A stretch of DNA of 64,000 nucleotides from Geosiphon pyriformis uo1 (Eukaryota; Fungi; Glomeromycota): positions 372,001-436,000 of the forward strand of contig JAAOMT010000303.1 in assembly GCA_016748015.1 (NCBI GenBank). The letters are read 5' to 3'. The stretch's first letter is position 1, and each line of letters opens with the position of its first letter. The notes under the pieces are model-generated. The model ran no database searches. It had not been told where the DNA came from and saw nothing but the letters and a program-made list of their open reading frames with translations. Of this stretch, positions 13,230 to 24,545 are shown in pieces. A program made the translations under genes and the position numbers.

Positions 13230-13245
13230 TTTGGTGCTCTTCCAT
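13230..13245 (+). promoter_or_regulatory. Primer-binding site
   Basis: TTTGGTGCTCTTCC immediately after the LTR; TGG is complementary to tRNA CCA. The same TGGTGCT occurs in A2 and A3. The tRNA identity (Ile- or Thr-like) is not resolved. Confidence 0.75.
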
Positions 13246-13275
13246 GGAAATAACACAGCAACAACAAAATTCAAA

Positions 13276-16200
13276 ATGGCAACCACACCAGATGCAACAA
13301 CTCTAGAGTATTACCAATCAATTTACACCCACTATAAGCAAAGATTCAACATTCCAGACGGAATTGAAGTTGTCAAGAAATCAGTATACCAATACATTGA
13401 AAACCACATCAACAATTATCTTTTTGGAAATTACAATATCTTAGAAGTTAGAAACAACCTTAACAATAATTTAGTACACTATTTACAGTTGGGAACTGAA
13501 GACCTTAACAGTGAAACACTTGCCACTTACTTTCACGAACTTAATTTTAACATTATCAAATACTGTGAAGAAACATATCTAGTGCAGTCTCAATACTTTA
13601 TTGATTTTGAATCAGAAACAAAAACAAGCAACAAAGACAAAAACAAATTGAAGCAATACTCAAAAACCACTCCAAATACTCCAACACTACCAAAAACAAC
13701 TGCTAACTATTTACAAACACCTGAACAAAGAACCAGTTCAAAACTTCCACTTACTATCACATCTTTTCCAGCTTCACTTGCACAAGCACAAACGCCTAAT
13801 TCACCCTTAAATCAATTTACAAGACCAGAAGATTTTACATCACTTAGAAGTCCCATCAGACAACAATGACTCCTTCAAACTAGTTCCAATCTCCTTGACT
13901 TTCTAGCTGAAAATCAAAGTGAATACTTTGAGACAGCAGCAAACAAAAAAAACGAACCTGAAATATCTAAAAAAAATTCAATAGACAGTGAAAATAAAGA
14001 AGACGAAATGACAACATACATTGCAAAAATCTCTGAATTTAATGGAGAAGACATTGAGACCAGTCCCCAAGAATGGCTCGACCAAGTTACTAAAGCTGGA
14101 GATGCAAATGGATGAAATGCTGCCAGAATATTAAGAACAATTCCCTACTTTCTCAAAAGAACAGCAGGAGAATAGTTTGAAAATTTGGCCGCCTCATTCA
14201 ATGATTGGAATGCTTTCAAAGCAGCCTTCCTTGAACAGTTCACCAACAATAATACCTCCATCACCCTTCGCAATTGTTTTCGAAATATCAAACAAGAACC
14301 TTCCAAATCTGTTATAACTTATATTAGAAAATTCAACAAACTTCTTAGATGAATTCGCCAACTCAAAACAAATGATTATTATTCCGATGCTCAAATCTTG
14401 GATCAATTTATCGCTGGTCTAAAAGATAAACTAATTAAAAAGGTTTGCCCACATGTGCCAGAAGATTTAAACTCTGCCATACAGCATGCGAAAAGATACG
14501 AAATGGCCATGAAAGAAGCCAATCGCACAAAACTTGTAAATTTGGCAATTGGAGAAACCAGCTCAGCAGCTGAGAAAAAAATTGACCAACTCACAAAGAA
14601 GGTTGAAAACTATTTCACCAATCAACAACAACAGCAACTCCAAAAATATCAATCACTCCAAAGACAAAATCAAAATAACTTTGCACCACTTTCCAATAAC
14701 CAGTCTCAGAATTGCCATTACTGTAGAATCTTTGGCCACTGGAAAAAAGATTGCAGAAAGCTACAACGAGACCAACAAAATAGGAGTAATCAATGTTACT
14801 CTCCATCACAGCAATCTTATTATCAACCACCACCACCAGCTTACTATCTACCAAGACCCCAATACCAAAATAACTATTATCAGTCCGCCTCACAGCCAAT
14901 CCAACAGCAATACCGACAACCACCCACACAACATTATCAAGTACCTGCTCAAAGACTGAGTACACAAAGTCAATTCACACCACAAAACTGATACCAAGTA
15001 AACAACAATAGAATCATTTCGAACAACCAATTGGTTCCCCAAAATTCCATTCAACCAAGACCCAACCACTATCACACTTAACTCAGTTATTTAACAATGT
15101 CAAAAGAACAGGATTTTCACCATACTGTACCCTCGGAAGATAGAGCTGCAGCACAACAACAAAACCCTTCTCATAACCACACCACTATTCCACCAGCCCA
15201 AATTGCTGAAAATGCCAATCTCTCTGATATCTTTCTTTTCAAGTTTGAAGCCAAAGAATCACCATTTTTACTCAGCAATGCAGCTGCCAATAAACAAAAA
15301 ACAATCACTGCTATGTACATTGAAGAAGAAGTCGAAAGAAAGACAATTCGCTTGATCCTAGACAGTGGATCTACTGGAAGCATTATCATCTACCAGTTAA
15401 TGCAACAGTTAAAAAAAAATGTCGACCGACCAGCTCAAACAGTAATCGTTACTGCCGATGGCATGAAAAAGACCCCAGTAGAAAAAATTGACAATTTTCC
15501 ATTCACTCTTGATGGAATCACCATTCCAATCAAAGTTCTTGTAATGTATGCACCCCAGTACCAAGCTCTTGTCAGAAATGATTGGCTTTAAAAAGCCAAT
15601 GCTAATCTGAATTGGGAAACACAAGAGTTAACAATCTCCTACTAAGGACAACACGCCCGAGTACCTGTTACTTGTGGTACATTCAACAAACGCTCTAAAA
15701 AAACCCCAGCTTTTGAATTCAAACCAGAAGAGGAAAAACCTCTCATTGAAACATTTATGGCTCTTAGATCAACGTCCAACTGGGCTGATGAAACAGAACA
15801 AGAACATTTTACTCCACACTTTAAACCTGAAACCTCTGGATGGAATATCCCTTACTCAAAACCTGAACCAAAGAAACAATGCTCTTATATTCCCCTTAAA
15901 TATAAGGACTGCTACAAGAAACTATCATCAATGAGAGCCTGCATTTCACCTGAAAAAAAATATGAAAATCATACTTGTTATTACTGCAAGGCTTGCCACA
16001 GAGAACGATGGGGCCATCTAATAAAAAGAAGCAGAAAATGGGATAACACCCCTTATTTGACTTGTGGAGATATGCTACCAGAAGAATGCAATTAGATTGA
16101 TATAACCATAAGAGGAGGAGTCTGTGATCAGACCTGCCAATATGCTTTATCAATTTCAGAAAAAGTAAAAAGAGGAACACTTTTTAATACAGCATACAAC

Positions 16201-18893
16201 AGTACTTTCAACAAACTTTATCACTACTCCTATGATGCCAAGATGATTTTCGACCTAGCAATGACATTAATTAATGGAGCTACCAAAGAAGATGTTTGTC
16301 AAATGAAGGAAGCAGAATACATTGAATACACCATGAAATTAGTTGGATTCAATTATGAAGACAAAGTAGAAGTCTATCACCAAATTGCAAGTCACACTTA
16401 CCCAACCCAAGAAGCTCAAATTCAATGATTAGAGCAAATGAACATTAGGCTATGTGAAAAATACATTATGCCTTGTAATGAACAATGGTGTTCTGAATGC
16501 TATGCTCTTAGTATTCTTTTGCCCAGTGAAAATGATGAGAACAAAATTGAATTTGGAGAACCTGAAGCAATGGAAAAAATTGAAACAACACCTATCTATC
16601 TTATTGAAAATCAGTCTGCCTTACAACTTAAATACTTCAACAACAACGGACAAGGAATGAAACCTGAAAAAGCACATGAAATTGATGCTGGATATGACCT
16701 AAGATATCCAGGCAAGGATACTTTTGTTCTCAAACCCAAATCTCTTACAAAAATCAATCTCAAAATTGCACTCAAAATCCTGCCAGGAGCAATAGTTCAA
16801 ATCACCTCCCGGTCCTCTCTGGCAAGCAAAAGAATCAATGTCAGAGGAGGAATAATTGATGCTGGATATACTGGAGACATTACAGTGATGCTTTAAAATG
16901 AAACTAACAAACCATTCAAGATTGAACATGCTGAAAAAATTGTCCAAGCTATTTACCTACCTCTAATCAACATTTCGAGTTTGCAACTAGTTAATCAAAG
17001 AGAATAATTAGGAAAAAGTGATAGAGGAACCCAAGGTTTTAGTTCAACTGAATGATTCACAGTTTCAGTTAATATAGCTCTTAACACAAAGAACGAATCC
17101 CACCAGATTCTTAGACTTCCACAACCAATTACCATCTCACCCTTTGGAGAACATCCAGAAATCTACATCTGCTCAAAGCCAACAACCACACAACAAATTT
17201 TTGAGTCCAATGAACAAGTTTGCTTAGAACATAATATTTTGATCCCAAACATTTATATTCCAAAAAGAACAAAGAAAGTCTGAGTTACTTTTTACAACCC
17301 CAATAATTATCCCATAATTTTATTAAATAATTTAGAAATTGGAGTTATTCACAGTAATATATTTCAACAAGAATTACCGCAAACAGTTCCTGATTTCTCT
17401 GAAATTATTGGACATTCACTACCAAAAATCAACCCAAACCCCAGTTCTGAAAACTACCATGTTGTTATGGAAAAACTATCTTGAATCAACATAGGACAAC
17501 TTGAACCACAACAACAAACCCAGCTCAAAGAGCTAATTGTAGAATTTGCCGATATCTTTGCTGAAAACAACAATAACTTAGGAAGAACTGATTTGGTCCA
17601 ACACCAAATTTATACAGAAAATGCCAAACCAAAAAGACAACAAGCATATCAAGTTGCTCTAGAAAGCCACCAATTCATCTGAGAAGAAGTACAACAAATG
17701 CTTAACAATGGGCTCATTCAACCCTCCATGAGTCCTTGGGCTTCACCTGTAGTGCTAGTTAAAAAAAAATGGAAAGATCTGATTTTGTGTTGACTATTGA
17801 CAACTCAACAGTGTTACAATTAGAGATGCTTATCCCCTTCCCCAGATTGATGACATGTTAGATGCTTTTGGAAAATCCAAATACTTTTCAACACTAGATT
17901 TAGAAAGTGGTTACTGGCAAGTTGCTATAGATCCCAAAAACCACCCCAAGACAGCATTTACCACCCAAGGCGGAAATTACAAGTTCAATGTAATGCTTTT
18001 TGGATTATACAATGTACCAGCAACGTTTTAGAGATTAATGGATGTTGTGTACTAAGGACTTCTTTGGAAGTCAGTAGTTGTTTATCTTGATGATACTGAT
18101 GTTTATTCTCCATCATTTGAATTACACTTAAAACACCTGTGAAAAGTTTTTCAATGATTACGAAAAGCAGAACTAAAACTCAACATCGAAAAATGCTACT
18201 TTGGAAAAACAAGCTTGGCCTTTCTTGGGCATATCATTAGTAAAGATGGAATCAAACCAGACCCTGGAAAAATCAGCATTGTCAAAAAATTTTAAAACTC
18301 CTTGAAACACTACAGAACTAAGAGGATTTATAGGATTAGCATCCTACTATCAGAAGTTTATCAAAGGATTCTCGGAAATTGCAAAACCCCTCAACCAGCT
18401 CACCACCAAAAACATTGAATACAAATAGACTACCGAATACCAAAAAGCTTTTGAAATTCTCAAGAAAAAACTGACAACAGCTCCAATCCTCGCCTACCCA
18501 GATTTCAGCAACCAATTTTGACTAGCTATAGATGCTTCGTATACTGCCTTTGGTGCCATTTTATCACAACTAGATGACAACGGAAATGAGCAAGTAATTG
18601 CTTATGCTAACAGAACATTAAAACCAGCTGAGAAAAATTATCCTGCCACAGAACTAGAAACAGCAGCCATAATTTGGGCCCTACACCACTTCAACTTTTA
18701 TTTCAGGCCTAAAGAATTCGATATTATTACTGATAATATTGGACTCAAATGGCTTCAGAACAAAAATACTCAGCTGAATGCAAAACAAATCTGATGGACA
18801 GGATTTCTAGCAAACTATCAATACATAGTACATCACAAACCAGGAAAACTTCACACCAATGTTGACTGTCTTTCCAGAATGAGACAAGATTAG
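13276..18893 (+). pseudogene. A1 Gag-protease-Cys-rich-dUTPase-RT-RNase H polyprotein
   Basis: Capsid-like region, CHYCRIFGHWKKDC knuckle, LILDSG protease, dUTPase motifs, YLDD near 18083, RNase H ending NVDCLSRMRQD-TAG. Many C>T stops and homopolymer frameshifts. Confidence 0.93.
16660..17052 (+). pseudogene. dut: Trimeric dUTPase domain of A1
   Basis: AGYDL, RSSLAS, GIIDAGYTG, KIVQ and RGTQGFSST correspond to the five dUTPase motifs in order. Confidence 0.93.
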
Positions 18894-18940
18894 AAAACAC
18901 AAAAACCAACACTCAAACCAACCAAAAGAGCCAACAAACA

Positions 18941-20326
18941 ATGAATTTAGAAAACTACAACAATCTCAAACAATATTTGGAAACATTAACAATCCCAACA
19001 AATTGGTCTCCAGATGAAAAACATCAACTACAACAACAAGCCAAACAATATTTTCTACACAACAACATTATTTATCATTGAAATTTCAAAAACCCAAACA
19101 AACCACTCAGATTAATACAAGAACAGAAAAAAGAGACCATATTATACAACATGCACTCAAATCCTTCATCAACACACTTTGGAAAAGACGGCACCACCCA
19201 AAAAACACTAGAATACTACTTTTGGCCTTGAATGAGAAAAAACATTCACAAATATGTCAAATCTTGTGATAGTTGTCAAAAAAAAGGAGGAACACGCCCT
19301 ACTGAACCATTAAATCCAATCAAAGTTGGACCACCCTTTGACCGAGTTGGTATTGATTTAGTTGAACCACTATCTATCACCACTTAAAGAAACCGTTATA
19401 TTGCAGTAGCTGTAGACTATCATACTAAATGGCCCGAAGCCAGAGCCATTCAATGAACAGATGCAAAATCAGTAGCAAATTTCATCTACGAAGACATCAT
19501 TTGTAGACACTGATGTCCAATTGAACTTTTATCCAATCAGAGGACACACTTTGTGAACAACTTAATACAAGAAATTTGTAAATGATTCAATATCAAAAAA
19601 CTTCTGTCTTCGCTCTACCATCCACAAACAAATAGACTTGTGGAACATTTTAACAGAACATTGTGTGAGTCATTAGCCAAAGTCTCAACTGATTTTGAGC
19701 AAGAGTGGGATATTTTTATTTCATCAGTGTTGCTAGCATACAGAACACTAAAACAGGATACCACAAAACACACACTATTTGATTTAACTTATGGAAAGAC
19801 AGCAATATTACCAATTAGTTTCACAGTGGAAATATACCCAGCACAACCAATTAATGAAAACAATTTCCAAGAAATGCTCCAGCAAAGAGCCTACACTCTG
19901 CTTAGCACATTGGAAGAAAAACGACGAATAGCAGCCACCCATATTGAACACTCCCAAGCTTGACAAAAAGAACAGCATAATGACAAATTGCCTCCAGTCA
20001 TCAATGAATTTAAAATCGGAAACAAAGTTCTCTTACACAGAACTAAAGCTGAAAAACAATGGAGTGAAAAATTTGAAAATAAATGGGATGGACTATTCTT
20101 TATTCATGAAGTCTTAGGCAACGAATCATACAAGCTAAGACTTGATGACAAAATCCTAGCAAAAGTTGCACATGGAAATCATTTGAAACACTATCATTCC
20201 AGAAACAATTCTGAACCATTAATTCCACAAATTGGTACACATTCCCTTTTAGTTAATCCCAAAGATATTCTCCGAAACTTAGAACCAATAGTTGTTATTG
20301 AACAATCTTCTAATCTGAACACTTAA
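18941..20326 (+). pseudogene. A1 integrase, separate ATG-initiated ORF
   Basis: HHCC zinc-binding region, GIDLV / HFVN / LVE catalytic-core motifs, C-terminal W-D-G-P-F (GPY/F) module. No chromodomain. Confidence 0.9.
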
Positions 20327-20433
20327 TTTAATTTTACTAGTTATTCCCTTATAATTTAGAAACAATCAAAACAAAAAATAACATAAATACCCATACACCA
20401 AAAATAATTTTCTTTTATTTCAAATCTCTTATA

Positions 20434-21153
20434 ATAACTATTCCTCAAAACATTCAACAATTATCCCAAAAACTAATGTTAGCTTTAAAAACAATACCCG
20501 AATTATCCATTACTGTTACTGGAAACCATATTAATTATACTCAAACAGAAGTAGTTACAAATTTAGCCCCAAATTCACAAAAATATCACCCATATAAGAA
20601 GAACACAAGAAGTTATTCTGGAATTCACCTGCCAGAACTTTTAAAGCTTGCTTTAAAAGAAAACCTAATGCTCACTCCGATTAGTATTCCACCAAATGCT
20701 ACAATTCAACAAAGACTTCAACTGTGTCTCAATGAGGAAAACACTGAATATTCTCCAATTTATAGATATTTCCACATTGGAAAAACACTCTACAAATGGA
20801 AACTGGAACTTACAACAGCAAATCTCACAAAAAAAGCTATTCAGAAACAATTCCACAATAAATTCAAGACAACAGCTGGACCAACAAACAGTCACTACAA
20901 GCTCAGAGCTGCTCTTAGACTTTATGACCTATTCCACACCTGTGAAAATGTCCTACAAAACCCAATTTTACGATCTTTGAAGATTTAATACATTGGAAAG
21001 CTCACAGAACTGAAATTTCAACAATTTTCAGGCCAAATTTCTTTAATAATTTTGGATTACTATCTGGAAATTACAGACAGTACTTGAACTTCGACGGAGC
21101 TCAGTCTTGAGAAGGAGGTTATGTTACCAGACAAAATTAAAGATATTATTTAG
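20434..21153 (+). pseudogene. A1 ORF3, unknown accessory protein
   Basis: Homologous to 24546-25265 and 43219-43926. Two C>T/G>A-type internal stops. Terminates 32 nt inside the 3' LTR. Confidence 0.85.
21109..21118 (+). promoter_or_regulatory. Polypurine tract
   Basis: GAGAAGGAGG, 3 nt before the 3' LTR. GAGGAGGAGG in A2 and GAGAAGAAGA in A3. Confidence 0.85.
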
Positions 21154-22104
21154 CATGAAATTATCTTATAAATCCTATCATTAATTAGCATATATTATCA
21201 TTTCAAATTATTACCTATTACATTAGCAAAATGTCTGAAATTATTATTTAATTAATAACCCAATTTGTACACAACACAAATGTAACCTAATTGCGATGAT
21301 CAAATTATGCAATATCCCGAACTATGTAACATTCAAAAGTTTGCTGAAATTTGTAGAAATTTGCCGAAATAATTGATAGTTCACTGAAATATCTAATAGT
21401 TTGCAGAAATAACTTGTAGTTTGCCGAAATGTATCTTTAGTTCAGCAAAATTATAGAAAATAGCAAAGTTCAAGTTCATAGAATAGTGTTATAACAAGTT
21501 GTATAAAAGAAGAGCATCTCTCTTTGAGAAAATGTATCTTACTTTAGATTTATCTCTTAAAAACTGTTTCTATACACACAAAAAGAAATAAATATCAAAT
21601 AATTTGAAAAACCAAATTCTTTAATTATTGTACTTGGAAAATTCCCAAAACCCAACTAATATTTTGAAATTGATTAGCTACCAATTTCAGTAAACTGTTA
21701 GTGACTCCAGGCCTGGATAGAAAACATTTCCCTTAACAGAAATTCTATTTTTTTTACATTTTTTTTTATTTCTCTTTTATTTTTTTATTACAATCATTAG
21801 GGTAGTCTACAGACAAGATTCCTGTAGTAGAGTTGACTTTCACAGCAAAGTAACTACACATTTTTAGTGAGCTTCCAGATGAGCAATTTCTAGGAAAGAG
21901 TTGACATTTACTACAACATAACTATACAAAGTAACTGACACAAAATTGGCCATTTCACTTATAAGCCCAGCAGTTCAAATTATAAGAGATAATTTGAAGA
22001 TAAATTCAGTTACTGGAGGTCCAACTACTTCCTGGAAACGTGAATTCACAACAAATTAACATTAACAACATTTAAGAAAAGAGACCCAAAAACCTCCAGT
22101 AAGA
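21122..22104 (+). repeat. A1 3' LTR
   Basis: Direct repeat of 12248-13229; terminal CA mutated to GA. Confidence 0.96.
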
Positions 22105-23595
22105 GTGTCTAAGGTCAAAGAAATTCCTGGCTGGGTTATTTCAGTCCGACTTTTATTTAAAGGCAAGCTCTCAGTCACAATTCTGGGTTTATATGCTGGT
22201 GCCTCTTCTGGGACCAGATTTGCTTAAGCTTTGGAGGTAAACTCTATGATTGCAGAAGCTGTTAACTTTAGCATTTTTATGGTCTTGGGTGGGGATTTTA
22301 ATGAGAATGGATTTAAGAGGAGTGTAATGTTCAAGTTCTGTTTGGATTTAGGTTTGGTCAATTCGTTTACCAATCATCATTTGGCAAAAAGCCCCACATG
22401 GTACAACTCACAGGGAATTAAAAAGACAATTGATTTTATTTTCATTGGCAGTAATTTTTCTTCTACTGTCGCTGGACATTGGATATGCTCTGTATCTGAA
22501 TTTTTTGATATGGATCATGAGGCTGTTTTGGTTTCAATTGGCTTGAGTGGACTCCTAGATGTTCAGTTGAATAGCTTGTGCAAACAGGCTAACAAAGATT
22601 ATTGGAAGTTCAAAATCAAAGCCGCTGATGGCCCCAAGTGAACTGGATTTAGAGAATGTCTTTCTGCTAAACTTTTGGCAATTACTGATGAATTTCTTGG
22701 TGCTGAAACTTATAGTGATGTGGATACTATGTGGGCAGTTTTGGAGAAAGTGATGGTAGAGTCAGCCAATAAGACATTTTTGAAACATTGGTTTAGTGAG
22801 TTTCATTGTTCTAAGAACAAACTTTTCTCTAGATTCTTTGGTTTGGAATTGTTAATTGCCAAAATTGTTAAGAAGTTTGGTTTAGGCGACTTGCATAGCA
22901 TTCATTGTTTCGTGAAGACGTGGTCGACATTAGATAGTGTCAAGGCTCATGCTTTTGCTGACTTGGTTAGCTTGGGTGAGAAGTTTGAGGTAGTTCTCGG
23001 GCATTTGTTATTGGTTCATAAAGAATGCAGAAAATTGAAGATGCATGAATTAAGAGTGGCTGAAGAGGTTTCTATTAGATTGGCTATCTCAAAACACATG
23101 GAAAATTTTTGCTTTGACAAAGACAACATGATCAGAAGCATTTTGAATTGGCCTTTTTGCAAAGTAGTTTTAGATTACTTAGTGATAGATGATGAATTAA
23201 TTTTGGAATCTGGGGAAGTGAAAATCAATGTAGACAAAATCATGGAGGGTTGGACTAGGAAATAAACAGTGCCTTTGGTGTTGCCTAACCTCTGGGCCTG
23301 TCAATATGCTCCATTGAATTATGTGCAGGACTGTGCTTTTTCTGGCATGATGGATGCTGTCAGTCTGAATGAGCTGCTCTTGGTTGTTAATGGTCTGCCT
23401 GATGGTAAGGCTGCTGATTTGTCTGGCATTTTTAATGAACTCTGGAAGCATAGTAGCATTAAAGCATTGGGATTTCTTTCAAGATTGCTGAATACATGTT
23501 TGGTGGTTGGTAGTGTTCTTGTTTCTTAAAAAAGAGCTTGGGTCTCAATGATTCCCAAACCTTATGATTAGGACGGAATTCTTATGAATACACGG
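22105..23595 (+). pseudogene. LINE ORF2 part 2: rest of APE, linker, RT start
   Basis: GLYAG, GGDFN, TW..SQG...IDFIF, MDH, GKAADLSGI (K-A-x-G-x-x-G-I), IPKP; ends MNTR. Confidence 0.92.
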
Positions 23596-24545
23596 TGTTA
23601 CCAGAGGTTTTTGGTCTCCTTTCTTGAATGTTGTTGATGCCTATTTGCTGTGAATTTACGTTTCCAGGAAGTAGTTGGACCTCCAGTAACTGAATTTATC
23701 TTCAAATTATTTCCTATAATTTGAACTTGCTGGGCTTATGAGTGAAATGGCCAATTCTATGCCAGTTGTTTTATGTAGTTACATTGTAGTAAATATCAAC
23801 TCTTTCTTAGAAATTGCTTGTCTAGAAGCTCACTAAAAATGTGTAGTTACTTTGCTGTGAAAGTCAACTCTCCTACAGGAATCTTGTCTGTAGGCTACCC
23901 TAATAATTGTAATAAGAAAAGAAAAGAAAAATAAAAGAAATGTAAAAAAAATAGGATTTTATCAAGAGAAACATTTTTCTATCCAGGCCTGGAGTCACTA
24001 ACAGTTTACTGAAATTGGTAGCTAATCAATTTCAAAACGTTAGTTGGGTTTTGGGAATTTTTCAAGTACAATAATTAAAGAATTTGGTTTTTCAAATTAT
24101 TTGATATTTATTTCTTTTTGTGTGTATAGAAACAGTTTTTAAGAAATAAATCTAAAGTAAGATACATTTTTTCGAAGAGAGATGCTCTTCTTTTATACAA
24201 CTTGTCATAACACTATTCTATGAACTTGAACTTTGCTATTTTCTACAATTTCACTAAACTAAAGATATATTTCGGTGAACTACAAGTTATTTCTGTAAAC
24301 TATTAGATATTTCGGTGAACTATCAATTATTTTGGCAAATTTCTACAAATTTTGGCAAACTTTTTGAATGTTACATAGTTTGGGGTATTGCATGATTGAT
24401 CATCGCAATTAGGTTACATTTGTGTTGTGTACAAATTGGGTTATTAATTAAATGATAATTTCGGACATTTTGCTAATGTAATAAGTGATAATTTGAAACG
24501 ATAATATATGTTAATTAATGATAGGATTTATAAGATAATTTCATG

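Larger units (their letters stand above)
12248..22104 (+). mobile_element. Ty3/Gypsy LTR retrotransposon family A, copy A1 (dUTPase-bearing)
   Basis: LTRs at 12248-13229 and 21122-22104, TSD GTGT (12244-12247, 22105-22108), PBS, PPT, gag/pol motifs. Confidence 0.97.

Noticed and set aside
14194-15624. Recurrent antisense and alternate-frame ORFs in A1, A2 and A3 (also MCSYFAVKVN in the LTRs)
   Set aside because: They recur only because the DNA is repeated; they have no motifs and inconsistent ends.
16426-16428. TGA shared by A1, A2 and A3 inside the Cys-rich domain as a programmed stop
   Set aside because: Most simply an Arg CGA CpG hotspot: perfectly in-frame conserved coding on both sides, no spacer, and the downstream ATG is not kept in A3. 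It is a caution that shared stops can recur by mutation.
17755-17775. Programmed ribosomal frameshift at the A-run in A1 RT
   Set aside because: A2 and A3 read VKKKNGK in frame; this is a private homopolymer indel or sequencing error.
19988-21153. Chromodomain on integrase, or ORF3 as Env
   Set aside because: The IN tail shows only the GPF module with no chromodomain motif; ORF3 lacks a signal peptide, a transmembrane anchor and Env-like size.
21338-21452. Repeat-spacer pattern as a CRISPR array
   Set aside because: 11-nt motifs with 9-nt spacers inside eukaryotic LTRs; no cas genes.
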